64,000 nt of DNA from Octopus vulgaris. Lineage: Eukaryota. A program made the translations under genes and the position numbers. Positions 39,142-51,124 of the stretch are shown here, one piece after another. The notes beneath the pieces are model-generated. The model was not told where the DNA came from, searched no databases, and saw only the letters and a list, made by a program, of their open reading frames with translations. Every line of letters begins with the position of its first letter. Positions within the stretch are counted from its first letter, which is position 1. The stretch is from contig OX597832.1 in assembly GCA_951406725.2 (NCBI GenBank), positions 60,760,001 to 60,824,000 on the forward strand, given 5' to 3'.

Positions 39142-39999
39142 TGAGCATGGTGATTTTCAAAGAATATTTTTATACAAAAAAGTGCTTCTTTCACACCAAT
39201 GATAATGGTGGTGGTAAGGATGATGATCATAATGAGGTGCTGTAGGTGAGCATAAAATGGAAGTGACAAAGGTGAAAGCAACATGTAGCTGTTCTATGAG
39301 GTTGACAAGGTGGCATGAACACGTGGATGGGTGAAATTTGAAGGTGGGAGGAAAAAAACAAAGCATAACTTCAATTTGGTATTTGGTTTGCAAGATATTT
39401 GATGTGAACTCATGTGTTGAAACATATTTGGTTGTATCTTGGGAAGGTCATAATGCCAGTAATAAAACACTCACATACACTGATACTATTACACTTCTTT
39501 GTTATCTAATTTTTCAAGGTAGTGCCTCAGCATGGCCACAGTCTGTCTGAGGAATTACATTATATATGTGTGTGTGTGTGTGTTTTCTTTTATCTTTCAA
39601 TCATTGGATTGTAGCCATGCTGAAATACCATCTAGGAGGGTTTAGATGAACAAACTGACCCCAGTCATTTTTTTTTTTTTTAAGGTTGCCACTCATTTTA
39701 TTGGTTTGTTTTGCTGAACAGCTAAGTCACAGGGAGGTAAAAAAAAGAAACACTAGTTATCAAGCACACACACACACAAGAGTAAACAAGAGAGACAGAG
39801 AGACAGGCAGAAACAAGGAAAATGCTCGTTGTATTTGAATATTATGCAAATATTCTTTTAAAAAAGCTTTCCATTTACTTTTTCCAAAATCCAATTATCT
39901 TCCATACTCACAGTTGAAAAAGTCTCAATGACTGAAGCTGGTACTGAAATGTTTTTCATAAAATTATTTTAGCATTTTCTACCTTGACTTTTTTTTTCC

Positions 40000-40050
<51 letters not shown>

Positions 40051-40053
<3 letters not shown>

Positions 40054-40205
40054 AGAATTCACAAAAAAACAAAAGACAAAGACAGGTGGTGTAGACAACA
40101 AACAGATGTATTAGTTTAACACTCAGGAAGTGGAAATGTCTTTAACGTTTCGAGCCTACACTTTTCCACAGAAAGAAACAAGGAGAGAAAATAAAGAATG
40201 TGTAG
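40051..40205 (-). mobile_element. Short repeat abutting (TA)n, possibly a PLE terminal-repeat derivative
   Basis: Minus strand has ctgtggaaaagtgtaggctcgaaacgttaaagac, a decayed hammerhead-like core; directly follows a (TA)n tract. Confidence 0.35.
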
Positions 40206-40564
40206 TCTATCTACGATAGACTTCTTTTAGTTCCCATCTCCCAAATCCACTAACAAGGCTTTGGAATGAACCCGGAACCATATGGCTGAGAAGCAAACTT
40301 TTTACCACACAGTCACACCTATGCCTTTATATGGTCATCATTCAACATTCACCTTTCCGTACATCCATATATTTGTATCTGCATAACAAGAGGCTGTCGT
40401 GGAAGACACTTGTGCAAGGTGCCATTCAAGCCTGGGCCCCAACCCACGCAGTCAGGAAGCAAACCTCTTGAAGCCGTGGCAAAAGACATTTGTACAAAAC
40501 GCCATGCACTGAAGACAGTTTGAGTAGTTTCTTTTGGATGATTCTCAAATCCAGAATTATGAAC

Positions 40565-41077
40565 AATCGCAGACATGGTCGATAACAGTACCGCATGATT
40601 GGCACTTGTGTCAGTGGAACGTTAAAAGCACATCCGAGCGTGAACGTTGCCAAGGCCACAGATTGGCTCCTGTTCTGGTGGCATGTAAAAAAGCACCATT
40701 CTAGCGTGATCATTGCCAGCATCACCCTACAGGCACATGTGCCAGTGGCACGTGAAAAACAACATTTGAGCGTGGTCGTTGCCAGTGCTACCAGACTGGC
40801 TCCCATACAGGTAACACATAAAAAATGCCTTTTGAGTGTAGTCGTTGCCAGAACCACCTGACTGGCCCTCATTCCGGTGGCACGTAAAAGCACTCACTAT
40901 ACTCTCGGAGTGTGTGTTGTAGAAACATTGCCAGATTGTAGAAACATCCAGTTGTAGAAACATTGCCAGATCAGATTGAGCCTGGTGCAGCCTTCTGGCT
41001 CACCAGTCCTCAGTCAAACCATCCAACCCATGCCTGCATGAAAAGCTGACATTAAAAAACAATGATAATGATGATGT
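40565..41077 (+). mobile_element. Family C element with 5' tandem ~60-66-bp array
   Basis: gtggcacgtaaaaagca-type anchor recurs about five times (~40614, 40678, 40745, 40811, 40877); local duplication gtagaaacattgccagat; (GAT)n tail. Confidence 0.85.
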
Positions 41078-42000
41078 TTCCAAAAGTCCTTAGTCTATCA
41101 GTACCAGCAGGCAACAGTGGCCATGTGCGATGAATCCTACAGACAGGGATGGAGTGCATCCTCTGTTGTCTGAGTTACAGTTCCCTACTAAACTCTGGTG
41201 CAAACAGTTGTTCAGTATCAATACACACTCATGATGAGTTGGGTTATGTTGAGTTCTTTTCACATGGAGGACAAATCCAGCGATCTACCGAGTCAACAAC
41301 GATCAAACCATCAATGCATCACCTTCTTTCACAAAGAAGAGCAACTAGTGTTCTTCTGTCTGGTGGCAATGGTGAAGGAAGTTGTGCATGAGGGGGTGGG
41401 GATGTGACTGAAACTTTCAAGATGAGAAGGAGCAATTTTTTTCCCCTCAGGTCAAAGCCCTGCTTGTCAGCTTCTGTGAATGTCACTTGAAGAGGTTGGT
41501 TGATTTTAGTTATGTCTGGTGAGAGTGGATAGGGGATTAGCTTGGTGAAATGCACCTATTTTAGCCATCTGACTAAATCTTGATCAATAGAAAGATAGAT
41601 AAACAGATATAGAGAGAGGCATAGGCAGAAAGACAGACAAATATATGTCCAAAGACAGTGGGATAGAAAAAGATAAGCAGATTGATAGACATAGATATAG
41701 ATAGAAAGATACAGATGAATGAATGAATGCCAGGGTATGTAAGGATTCTTAAATCTGAAAAAAACAAACATTAATTAAGCATAAGACACAAAACATAGAG
41801 GCCCACTGGAGCTGATTCCTCAAACTGTACAGACTGAAAAATCAACATTGGGTAAAAAAACTTCAAAGTATCTGACAACCTTCTCATGATATATACACTC
41901 TTTGTGTGTGTGTGTGTACTTGCTTGGACCAGTACAACAGTAAGAGACTATAGAGATCAAGTGTATAAAGAGGTACTTGACATATTTATATACATTGTTC

Positions 42001-42041
<41 letters not shown>

Positions 42042-42391
42042 TAGTAGTAGTAGTAGTAGTGGTGGTAGCTGATTGTATTCAATGGGATTTCCTCAGGCTA
42101 GAAATTACAAAAAAAAAGAGAAAAATTAAAAAAAAGAAAAAACTTAGCTACTTCAAACAAGGTTGAAAAGGAATTTCAGAAATTCAGATAGATAATAATA
42201 GTAATGGAAAAGTTAACAGGGAAATTTACACAAGGCGAAATGAAATTATAACAAATTATCTCTTACATAATTATCCCAGTGATACTCAGCCAGGATATAT
42301 ATGAACATTTGGATGTCCCTATAAAATTTTGCTGATAAAAATCTATGGGTAATAAATTGCTTATATTTCTGTAATAATAAATGAAACATAA

Positions 42392-43085
42392 TCATCATCA
42401 TTGTCATCGTTTAAAGTCCGCTTTCCATGCTGGCATGGGTTGGGCGGTTTGACTGAGGTCTGGAGAGCCAGCAGCTGCACCAGGCTCCAATCTGATCTGG
42501 CAATGTTTCTTCAGCTGGATGCCCTACCCAATGCCAACCAATCTGAGAGTGTAGTGGGTGCTTTTTATGTGCACCAGCACATGAGCCAGTTAGGTGACCC
42601 TGGCATCGATCACGTTTGGATGGTGCCTTTTACGTGCCATTGGCACAGGAGCCATTGGCATTGATCCCGTACGGATGGTGCATCAGGCTCCAATCTGATC
42701 TGGCAATGTTTCTACAGCTGGATGCCCTTCCCAATGCCAACCAATCTGAAAGTGTAGTGGGTGCTTTTTATGTGCACCAGCACATGAGCCAGTTAGGTGA
42801 CTCTGGCATCGATCACATTCGGATGGTGCCTTTTATGTGCCATTGGCACAGGAGCTAGTCAGAAGGCACTGGCATCGGCCCCGTACGGATGGTGCCTTTT
42901 ACATGCCACCGGCACGGAAGCCAGTCAGGCAAGCACTGGCATCGGCCATGTTCAGATGGTGCATTTTATGTGCCACCAGCACAGGAAGCCAGTCAGGCGG
43001 TTCTGGTATCGATCACATTTGGATGGTGCTCTTACATGTCACTGGCACAGGAGCCAGTCAGGCAGCCCTGGCGTCGATGACATTT
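42392..43085 (-). mobile_element. Family C element with ~200-bp internal duplication and tandem units
   Basis: caggctccaatctgatctggcaatg...cattggcacaggagc occurs at ~42481-42654 and ~42684-42855; ~62-bp units follow. Confidence 0.87.
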
Positions 43086-43242
43086 GGATTTTAACAATTT
43101 CTTTCAATACTGTTCCTGATATTTAATTACCAAAATATAAAGGGATTTTTTGAAACATTAAATGGCTATGAAAGAGGCACCAAAGGGGTCCATTGGTGAA
43201 AAATGGTTGAGAACCACTGTAATAGCTGATATTGGTTGGCTG

Positions 43243-43446
43243 TGGCAGAATCATTAACATGCCAGGCGAAATGCTTAGCAGTATTTCACCCATCGCTATG
43301 TTCTGAGTTCAAATTCCACTGAGGTTGACTTTGCCATTAATACTTTCGGGGTCGATAAATTAAGTACCAGTAACATACTGGAGTCGATGCCATCGACTAG
43401 TCTCCTCCCCCAAAATTTCAGGCCTTGTGCCTTTAGTAGAAAGGAC
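43243..43446 (+). mobile_element. SINE family B with TSD
   Basis: 12-bp TSD attggttggctg at 43231-43242 and 43447-43458. Confidence 0.9.
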
Positions 43447-43561
43447 ATTGGTTGGCTGGCTTCTTGGTTTCTCCAGACACGCTTTACATGGTATAAAGAG
43501 AGGGGGAGAGAGCGAGGGTAAAAGAGAGATGTAGAGAGAAAGAGAGAGTTAACATAAGAGG

Positions 43562-43737
43562 TGCAAGGGCCATCCTTGTCACATTCTGTATCATGCCGAA
43601 TCTCCTCGAGAACTACATAAAGGGTACACGTGTCTGTGGAGCACTCAGCCACTTGCACGTTAATTTCACGAGCAGGCTGTTCCGTTAATCGGATCAACCA
43701 ACCGGAACCCTCGTCGTCATAACCGACGGAATGCCAG
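43562..43737 (+). mobile_element. SINE family D, 3' half
   Basis: Reverse complement of 62025-62195. Confidence 0.85.
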
Positions 43738-44275
43738 TTACAAGACGTGTGTACCCTTAATGTAATTCCTCAGACAGGCTGAGCAAGACAAAGTGTATCA
43801 CAAGGCAGTGTCTTTCGACTTACAAGGTACAATTCACTCGATGAGTTACCATAAAGGTTCCGTCTGCCCATTTCCACTCGCAAAGTGCGGGTTGACCTGA
43901 GGCTATAAGAAATGGCATTTGGCCACATGTTGCGCCTACCTATCAAGTATACCTATGAGAATAGGCATTCCATCCATCGACTATACTGGACTACATTACT
44001 TACTGTAACCGGGTTGAAGAAAAATTTGGCTGCTATTTCTAGCAGTTCAGGCGGTAACTTAGGGCAGTCACGGACAAACTACGACCTACGGGACATTCTG
44101 AATGACTCGCCCACGAAAAATTACCTTGGATTTAAAAAAAGCTTTTTAAATAGAGCAGCCTGTCTGATAATGAACCATATCTCACGCGGCCCGTTTTTCT
44201 AGGAAGGTTGCCCACATCTGATGTAGGAGTTCTGTCGAGGTCATACATCTGAGATTTATATATAAACCAGTCAGT

Positions 44276-44419
44276 TAGTGGGCAATCTTTGATTTTAGCG
44301 CTCCACATTCATTTCTGCGTAATCAGCAATTACAAGGAAAGTGAAAGTAGTGGGCAATCTTTGATTTTAGCGCTCCACATTCATTTCTGCGCAATCAGCA
44401 ATTACAAGGAAAGTGAAAG
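44276..44419. repeat. 72-bp tandem duplication
   Basis: 44276-44347 and 44348-44419 differ at one base (cgtaat/cgcaat). Confidence 0.95.
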
Positions 44420-45429
44420 TGAATCAGAAAATTCAAACTGCTGAAGTCAATTTAGTGGAACAGGTGACCATACCGAAAGCACTGACGTATTTTGGTCCGA
44501 GATTCGAATGTAAGAAGAAAAGAAGACGACCGCTGTCTGCCCACCGCCCCCAGATGTATGATTCTGTGTCTGTGTGAAGCATAATTGTCTCGAAAAGTGT
44601 GCAGCCATTTACGAAGTTATCTGAGGAAAAAGAACTACGCCTGGAGCTTTAGGATCTTATGATCGGACTGTAGCGGGGAGGGAGTGGGTAGACAGACAGA
44701 CGGAGAGAGAGACAGAGAGAGAGAAAAAAGAGAGAGACGGAGAGAGAAATAGAGAAAGCAAAAGAAAGAGTGATAGACACAAAGACTGACAGACGGAGAC
44801 ACAAAGAGAGAAGAATGAGAGAACGAATAAAATATCGAATCGATTTGATTCACAAAATCTGTCCAGCATGCGCACATTGCGCGGACATATTCAATTTACA
44901 CACACACACACACACATTGAATACATAAGGTCATCTTGCATTTTTACTATGGCATTAAAAAAACTATGTCGCCAGCAACGAATAAAATATTGATACACCC
45001 GGATACAAACAGTACCACGTACCTTCATCTAATGTTTATTTCTCATTATTATTATTAATTAGTGGCAATCACAATTATGTTATGATTATAATTACGTCAA
45101 CATTAAGAAGTTTAGGTTATAAGCTGCTTTGGAGGTGGTTTTAATTTAAAATCAGTCTTTATAGTTAGAACTTTTAAATTTTCTATAATTCTTATTATAC
45201 ATGGTAATCTATACGCATGAATTGATGTATATGTGAATGCGCGCACGTACGCACACACACATATATAGACAGTTTATATTCCAATAGTCTCGGTGAACAC
45301 AACCGAAGAATGAGACAATTGTCCAGACTTTTAAACAGAGACAATTAACAGATGGTTCCTACAAGGTTTCAGGCGCAAACGAATCCGAAGACCTAGTTTT
45401 CAACGACGCAACAACGCTAATAATAATAA

Positions 45430-45770
45430 CTTCTTTCCAATTTTTGGCACAGGGCCAGCCCAGTCCTTGACACCTTATTTTATCGACCTGGGCAGGATAA
45501 AACAAAGCTGGTCTCGACCGGGATTTGAACACCGAACGTAAAATCCCTAAGGTAAACCACAAGGCATTGCGACGCTCTAAAGTCAAAGCAAGCAATTTTT
45601 GAGGGGAGAGCGTTAGTCGATACCCTCGACGAGATAACTTTATTTATATTTGAATTTATCGACCCTGGTGGGGTTAAAAGCAAAGCTAGCCTCAGCGGGA
45701 TTTGAACAGAAAACTTAGTATACTAAAACTGCATGGCATTTCACAATCCTGACGTTATAACGGTTCTGCA
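45430..45770 (-). mobile_element. Two diverged SINE family B units
   Basis: tttatcgacc...gggatttgaac occurs twice. Confidence 0.65.
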
Positions 45771-46211
45771 ACAAATATTTCTATTTGTCACAAGGACAAG
45801 GGGGAAAACAAGACAAAACCGATGAGAGGTTTGTGTATAATAAATTAAGGAAAAAAAAACAGGCTTGAAAAAAGCAACAATTTACGAAAAGATTCTGACA
45901 AAAAGCCAGAACTTTATAGACGAGTGTGTGTGTGTGTGTGTGTGTGTGAAAATGGAAAAGGCAGGACAAGATGAGACACATGGGACAGAGTCGTTGAAGA
46001 GGTTACAGAATGTGTGACGAAAGAACTTTGACAGACAAATAAACTAAAATAATAATAATAATAAAATTAAAGTGAAGATCAAAGAAAGAGAGCGTGTGTT
46101 TAGTTGACGAAAGATTACTGTCCCCCAAGTATAACGATGTGTGGGTGTTTTTACCTGATTACAGAGACATTTCAATGTCGAGAAAGAATGTCATACAAAA
46201 CTAACAGGAAG

Positions 46212-46260
<49 letters not shown>

Positions 46261-46475
46261 TTGCCATGTAGGATGGTTTTAATAAAAGTTTGTGATCGAC
46301 ATCAGGTAATTTCAATTAAAAAGTGAGATTTGAGTTGGAGAAAGAAGGTGTTTGGAACAGAGGGGAAAAGAAATGAAATACAGCAGGAGGTAAAGAGGGA
46401 AATAAAACAGCAGGAGACAGACAGGTTGGTAAATAGAGAGAGAGAGAGAGAGAGAGGTAGGTAGGTAGAGACAGG

Positions 46476-46531
<56 letters not shown>

Positions 46532-46929
46532 CAAGTGGGTAGATAGAAAGATAAAAGAACGTGGTGGAGAGGGAGAGACTTGACATACTTTGAAACGTCA
46601 TAGCAAATACAAGGATTAGTTGGTGGCGGGAGGAGGTCGATAGCATTGCAAAGGTCACCCAACCGGTTTCTCCCCCGCTCTAAGCTCTGTCTCATATAAT
46701 ACACGACCTCTGTCTTTCCTTTTCTCCCTCGTCTGTCTGTCTCTCTCTCTCTCTCTTTTTTCCCTCGGTCGCACTTATAAGCACACTACATCTCTCCCTC
46801 TCTCTATATATATGTTTATCTATCTTTATCATTTCACTCATCTACTTATAGTTTTCCTCTTCCTCTCCCTCCTTTTACCTGGCTTTACAAAACGACGTTC
46901 GCTGCGACCTGACACTATAGCACATACAC

Positions 46930-46966
<37 letters not shown>

Positions 46967-47099
46967 CGCGCTTACTCGAATATACACACAACATAATTAT
47001 GCATATATGTGCAAATAGTTATAATACATTCACACAAGCACAACTTAACACACACGAGTATGCGTTCATTCACATACAATTTCCACATAACTATACGCA

Positions 47100-47153
<54 letters not shown>

Positions 47154-47439
47154 TACACGTTAAATATTTACATATACACTTTCGTGCAGTTCATATATAT
47201 TATATATCTTTTCCAATCGGCGATATTAGATATGTGTGTGTGTGTGTTCTAATCACGATATATAAAAAAAAAATCCCCAGAAGGAAATAAGAAAAAAATA
47301 ATCATTTATATACCATTTCCCAATATCTGAGTGAACTTAAAACACGTGTACGATATGACTGCAGGTATTTCATGAAATAAACTTCTCCCCTTGACATATA
47401 AATTGGTTTATCTGTGTGTGTGTGATGATAAAGACAACT

Positions 47440-47482
<43 letters not shown>

Positions 47483-47760
47483 TCACACAGGCGGATATAT
47501 ACACAGATAAGTATAAAATATATAGAAGATAAGTACGATTGCTTATATATAATATACGTAAAAGTGTGTGTGTGTGAAAATTAAATCAAGGCTAACACAC
47601 ACACACACACACACACAGACACTAATGTTATTTGAAATGATGTGAGGAAGGTTTTGTGGTCGGACAAATAAAAAGAAAACTATGAAATGAAGTAGGGAGG
47701 TATTTTTAAAAAAATCATTTTAAAATAGAATTTATGCTTTAATTTACTATTTAATTCACC

Positions 47761-47809
<49 letters not shown>

Positions 47810-48339
47810 ATGTGTGTGTGTATATGTATGTACACAGTAGGAGAGAAAGACGGAGTGATAAAGTAGATATACAGTGAGACAGATAAACTTAGGTGTGTGT
47901 GTGTGTAACAGATAACTGAGACAGGTGTGAATATGTAGACTAATCACCAATGTGAGAGTATATGTGTGTGTGTGTGTCTGTGTATCAATAGATCGATAAT
48001 TGATCGATGAATAAATACACAGATGTACAACTAAAAGTATTAAAGAAAAACTAAGAACAAACAAAAAGAGGAAATAAACAGCAGAACTGGTTGCTTCAAA
48101 TGAAAGATTTGAGAGACAACAAAAAAAAAAAAAAAAAGCAAGGGGAAAATTGAAAGTTACCGAAAGTGCATCTATCACTGTGTGTGTGTGTGGTTAAATG
48201 TGTTGTCCCCCATTAGGACCTTTTGTTTTATTGGCAGGGAGTAAAAACGCTAATCTAGATAACGGGGGTGAGCTAAATATCATAAAATAATTGTCCCATT
48301 CATTGACTACACCTTAATGTTACCGTTGATGCTACTGCT

Positions 48340-48368
48340 TATCATTATTATTATTATTATTATTATCA

Positions 48369-48403
<35 letters not shown>

Positions 48404-48820
48404 GTTGCTGCTGTTATAGTGTGGTGAGGACGGTGGTTTAGTGTGTGTGTGTTTGTGTGCAGGTAGTGGTGATGGATATTGTGATATGCGTGAAATGCCG
48501 TGGTGGGACGAAGAGAGATAGGGAAAGAGAGAGAGAGAGAGAGAGGGGGGAGAATGTTAGACTGAGAATGTGGGGGTGGAGTTGTCAATTGTGGTAATAA
48601 CAATAGTAGTGGTGATGATGATGATGATGATGATAACGACGACAGCGATAATAGAGGTCGTTTGTGGTCGTTGATGATGATGATGGTGGTTACGGTTATG
48701 ATGATGATGATGGTGGTGGTGGTTATGACAATGGCGATGGTGGTAGAGGTGTTTAGTGATCGTTTTGATGATAATGATGATGACGATGATGGATGATGAT
48801 GGCGGCGACGACGACGACTA
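48340..48820. repeat. (ATT)n, (GA)n and (GAT/GGT/GAC)n trinucleotide-rich tract
   Basis: Direct inspection. Confidence 0.8.
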
Positions 48821-49407
48821 TATTGGCAACGTCAGTTGACCCAGGTTGTTATGGCGGCAGTTGGTTGGCTGCTCGCCTCGGTGGCTGGTTCGCTGGCTGG
48901 CCGGTTGCTATGGCGGTAGAATTACTTGATCGACTCACATACATACACAACAATAATGCCTCGTGAACTAATAAAAAATGGGGATTCTCCTTCCTAGCTT
49001 ATCTGTCTGAAATAGGAGCTAAACATCCCTCAACTCACATCGTATGACGAAGAAGCCCATACGTGGTCGATAGACTTGCTAGAACTAGCAGCTGATCGTC
49101 CACCCTTAAATCGCACTTTCACCGCCTTGAAAAAGAAAAAGTAATTAAACATTTGACAGTAGTAATCTAGGGTGGTCCCGTCTGGAACGCTTTTTCTTCA
49201 TCAGTCAGCAATGATATGGAACTAAACAAAAACTCCAACTCTTGTTTGGTGTCTTCAGCTATTTTATTTCTGTCTCTCGACGTTTTGAGTTCGAAACTCG
49301 CATTTGTCATCCATTAGCCCCAGAGTCTTTCAAAAATATAAAAAATAATTCCTGCCGCCTTCATGGCACTCTTGTTGAGAATGTAACGAATTTTCTTCTG
49401 TCGCTGA

Positions 49408-49808
49408 CTTGTTTCTGTCATTTAATTGCGGCCATGCTGGGGCACCGCATTCAAGGACGGGTAGACGAACAAATCGCTCCCAGTACTTATATGTTTCTTT
49501 TCTTTGCTTTTTTCTTTTTCTTTTTTCTTTTGTTAAGTCTGGTACCTAAATCCAATCGGTCTCTTTCGCTGAAGCGCTAGTTCATGGGGACATAAACAAA
49601 CCTGGTTGACAAACGATGGAGAGGTGGGGGACAAAAGCACATCCCCCCCACACACACGACAAGCTTCCACACAGTCCCCGTCTACCAAATTCATTCACAA
49701 GGCGATCCGTAGATATATTAGAAGACATGCCCAAAGTGCCGCGCAATGGGTTTGAACCCAAGGCCACATAGTTGGGAAGCAAGCTTCTAAAGCACACGGC
49801 TACGCCTG
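49408..49808 (-). mobile_element. SINE family A, old diverged copy
   Basis: cttgtttctgtcattt..tgcggccatgctggggcaccgc ... gggaagcaagcttct..gcacacggctacgcc. Confidence 0.75.
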
Positions 49809-50267
49809 GGTATTCTTATTTCGGTTTTTCTATAGAATTTAGAGTTAGACTTTTGTGTCTGCTATCCTTTACTATTCTTTCGGGAGCCAACTTTAGCCTT
49901 AGTTGCATCCAATCAGCCAACGTTGAACCAGCTTTTAAAGAACTAGCCCCGACCGACTCCAAGAATCCAGTTCTGTTGGTTCAGTTATTTAATTCCATCT
50001 TGATAGTAAAGGAGTGAACTACTGGTCCCTGCTGTTATTACTGTTGTAGTTTAAGCCCCAAGTCAGTCTGATTGTGAGGCCCTATAAACAAACCAAAGGC
50101 ATTCTAAGACAAAACCATCCAGTCTGAAGGATTGCGTTAACGAATGTATCTTTTTCTCCCTCTCACTAAAAAAAGAAAAAATAAACAGTTGAATGAAATC
50201 TGAGGGACATTTCCCTTCTATTTCTAACAGGTCGAAAAAACTACGTAAAAGTTTTCTCATCGGTTCA

Positions 50268-50450
50268 GGCGCAGGAGAGGCTGTGTGGTAAGTAGCTTGC
50301 TTACCAACCACATGGTTCCGGGTTCAGTCCCATTGCGTGGCACCTTGGGCAAGTGTCTTCTACTATAGCCTCGGGCCGACCAAAGCCTTGTGAGTGGATT
50401 GGGTAGACGGAAACAGAAAGAAGCCCGTCGTATATATGTATATGTGTATA

Positions 50451-50541
<91 letters not shown>

Positions 50542-50750
50542 TTGTGTGTCTGTGTTTGTACCCCTAGCATTGCTTGACAACCGATGCTGGTGTGTTTATG
50601 TCCCCGTCACTTAGCGGTTCAGCAAAAGAGACCGATAGAATAAGTACTGGGCTTACAAAGAATAAGTCCCGGGTTCGAGTTGCTCGACTAAAGGCGGTGC
50701 TCCAGCATGGCCGCAGTCAACTGACTAAAAGAGTAAAAAGAGTAAAGAGT
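50268..50750 (+). mobile_element. SINE family A, full length with TSD
   Basis: 9-bp TSD atcggttca at 50259-50267 and 50751-50759; long internal (TA)n(TG)n. Confidence 0.93.
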
Positions 50751-51124
50751 ATCGGTTCATATACAACCCATTGGCTTCAGCCCTAGGTTGGTCTTGAACG
50801 AGCAAGCTTTATTTCTAACAGTTCGGGCTCCTGTGACACTTAAACGCATCCTTAGGCTATATATTTCCATTCGAAGTAGTATCCTGTATTCTTATAATCT
50901 TTCCCGAAAATATTTGGCTGCTATTTCTTCTAAAAACGAAATATCAATGGCTGTTTTTTCTTAATTTCACTACGAAGGGCTTTATTATTAAAAGAACCTT
51001 TTAAACAGAAGCTAATTGAAGGTTCGTGTGAGGAATTCATATATTTACCAAAAATGTGTACTGGAGATTTAGTGAAACCAGCAACGTAATGTAATAATCG
51101 TTTACACTATAGTCATTATTTCGA

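Noticed and set aside
40595-40900. CRISPR-like repeat-spacer array (also 24330-24560 and 42860-43085)
   Set aside because: The 'spacers' are homologous to each other or low-complexity, there are no cas genes, and the context is eukaryotic; these are tandem repeats
31402-44222. hAT-like ends at ~31402-31440 and ~44184-44222 (also ~846-885) as termini of one 13-kb transposon
   Set aside because: No matching 8-bp TSD seen and no transposase between them; more likely independent MITE fragments
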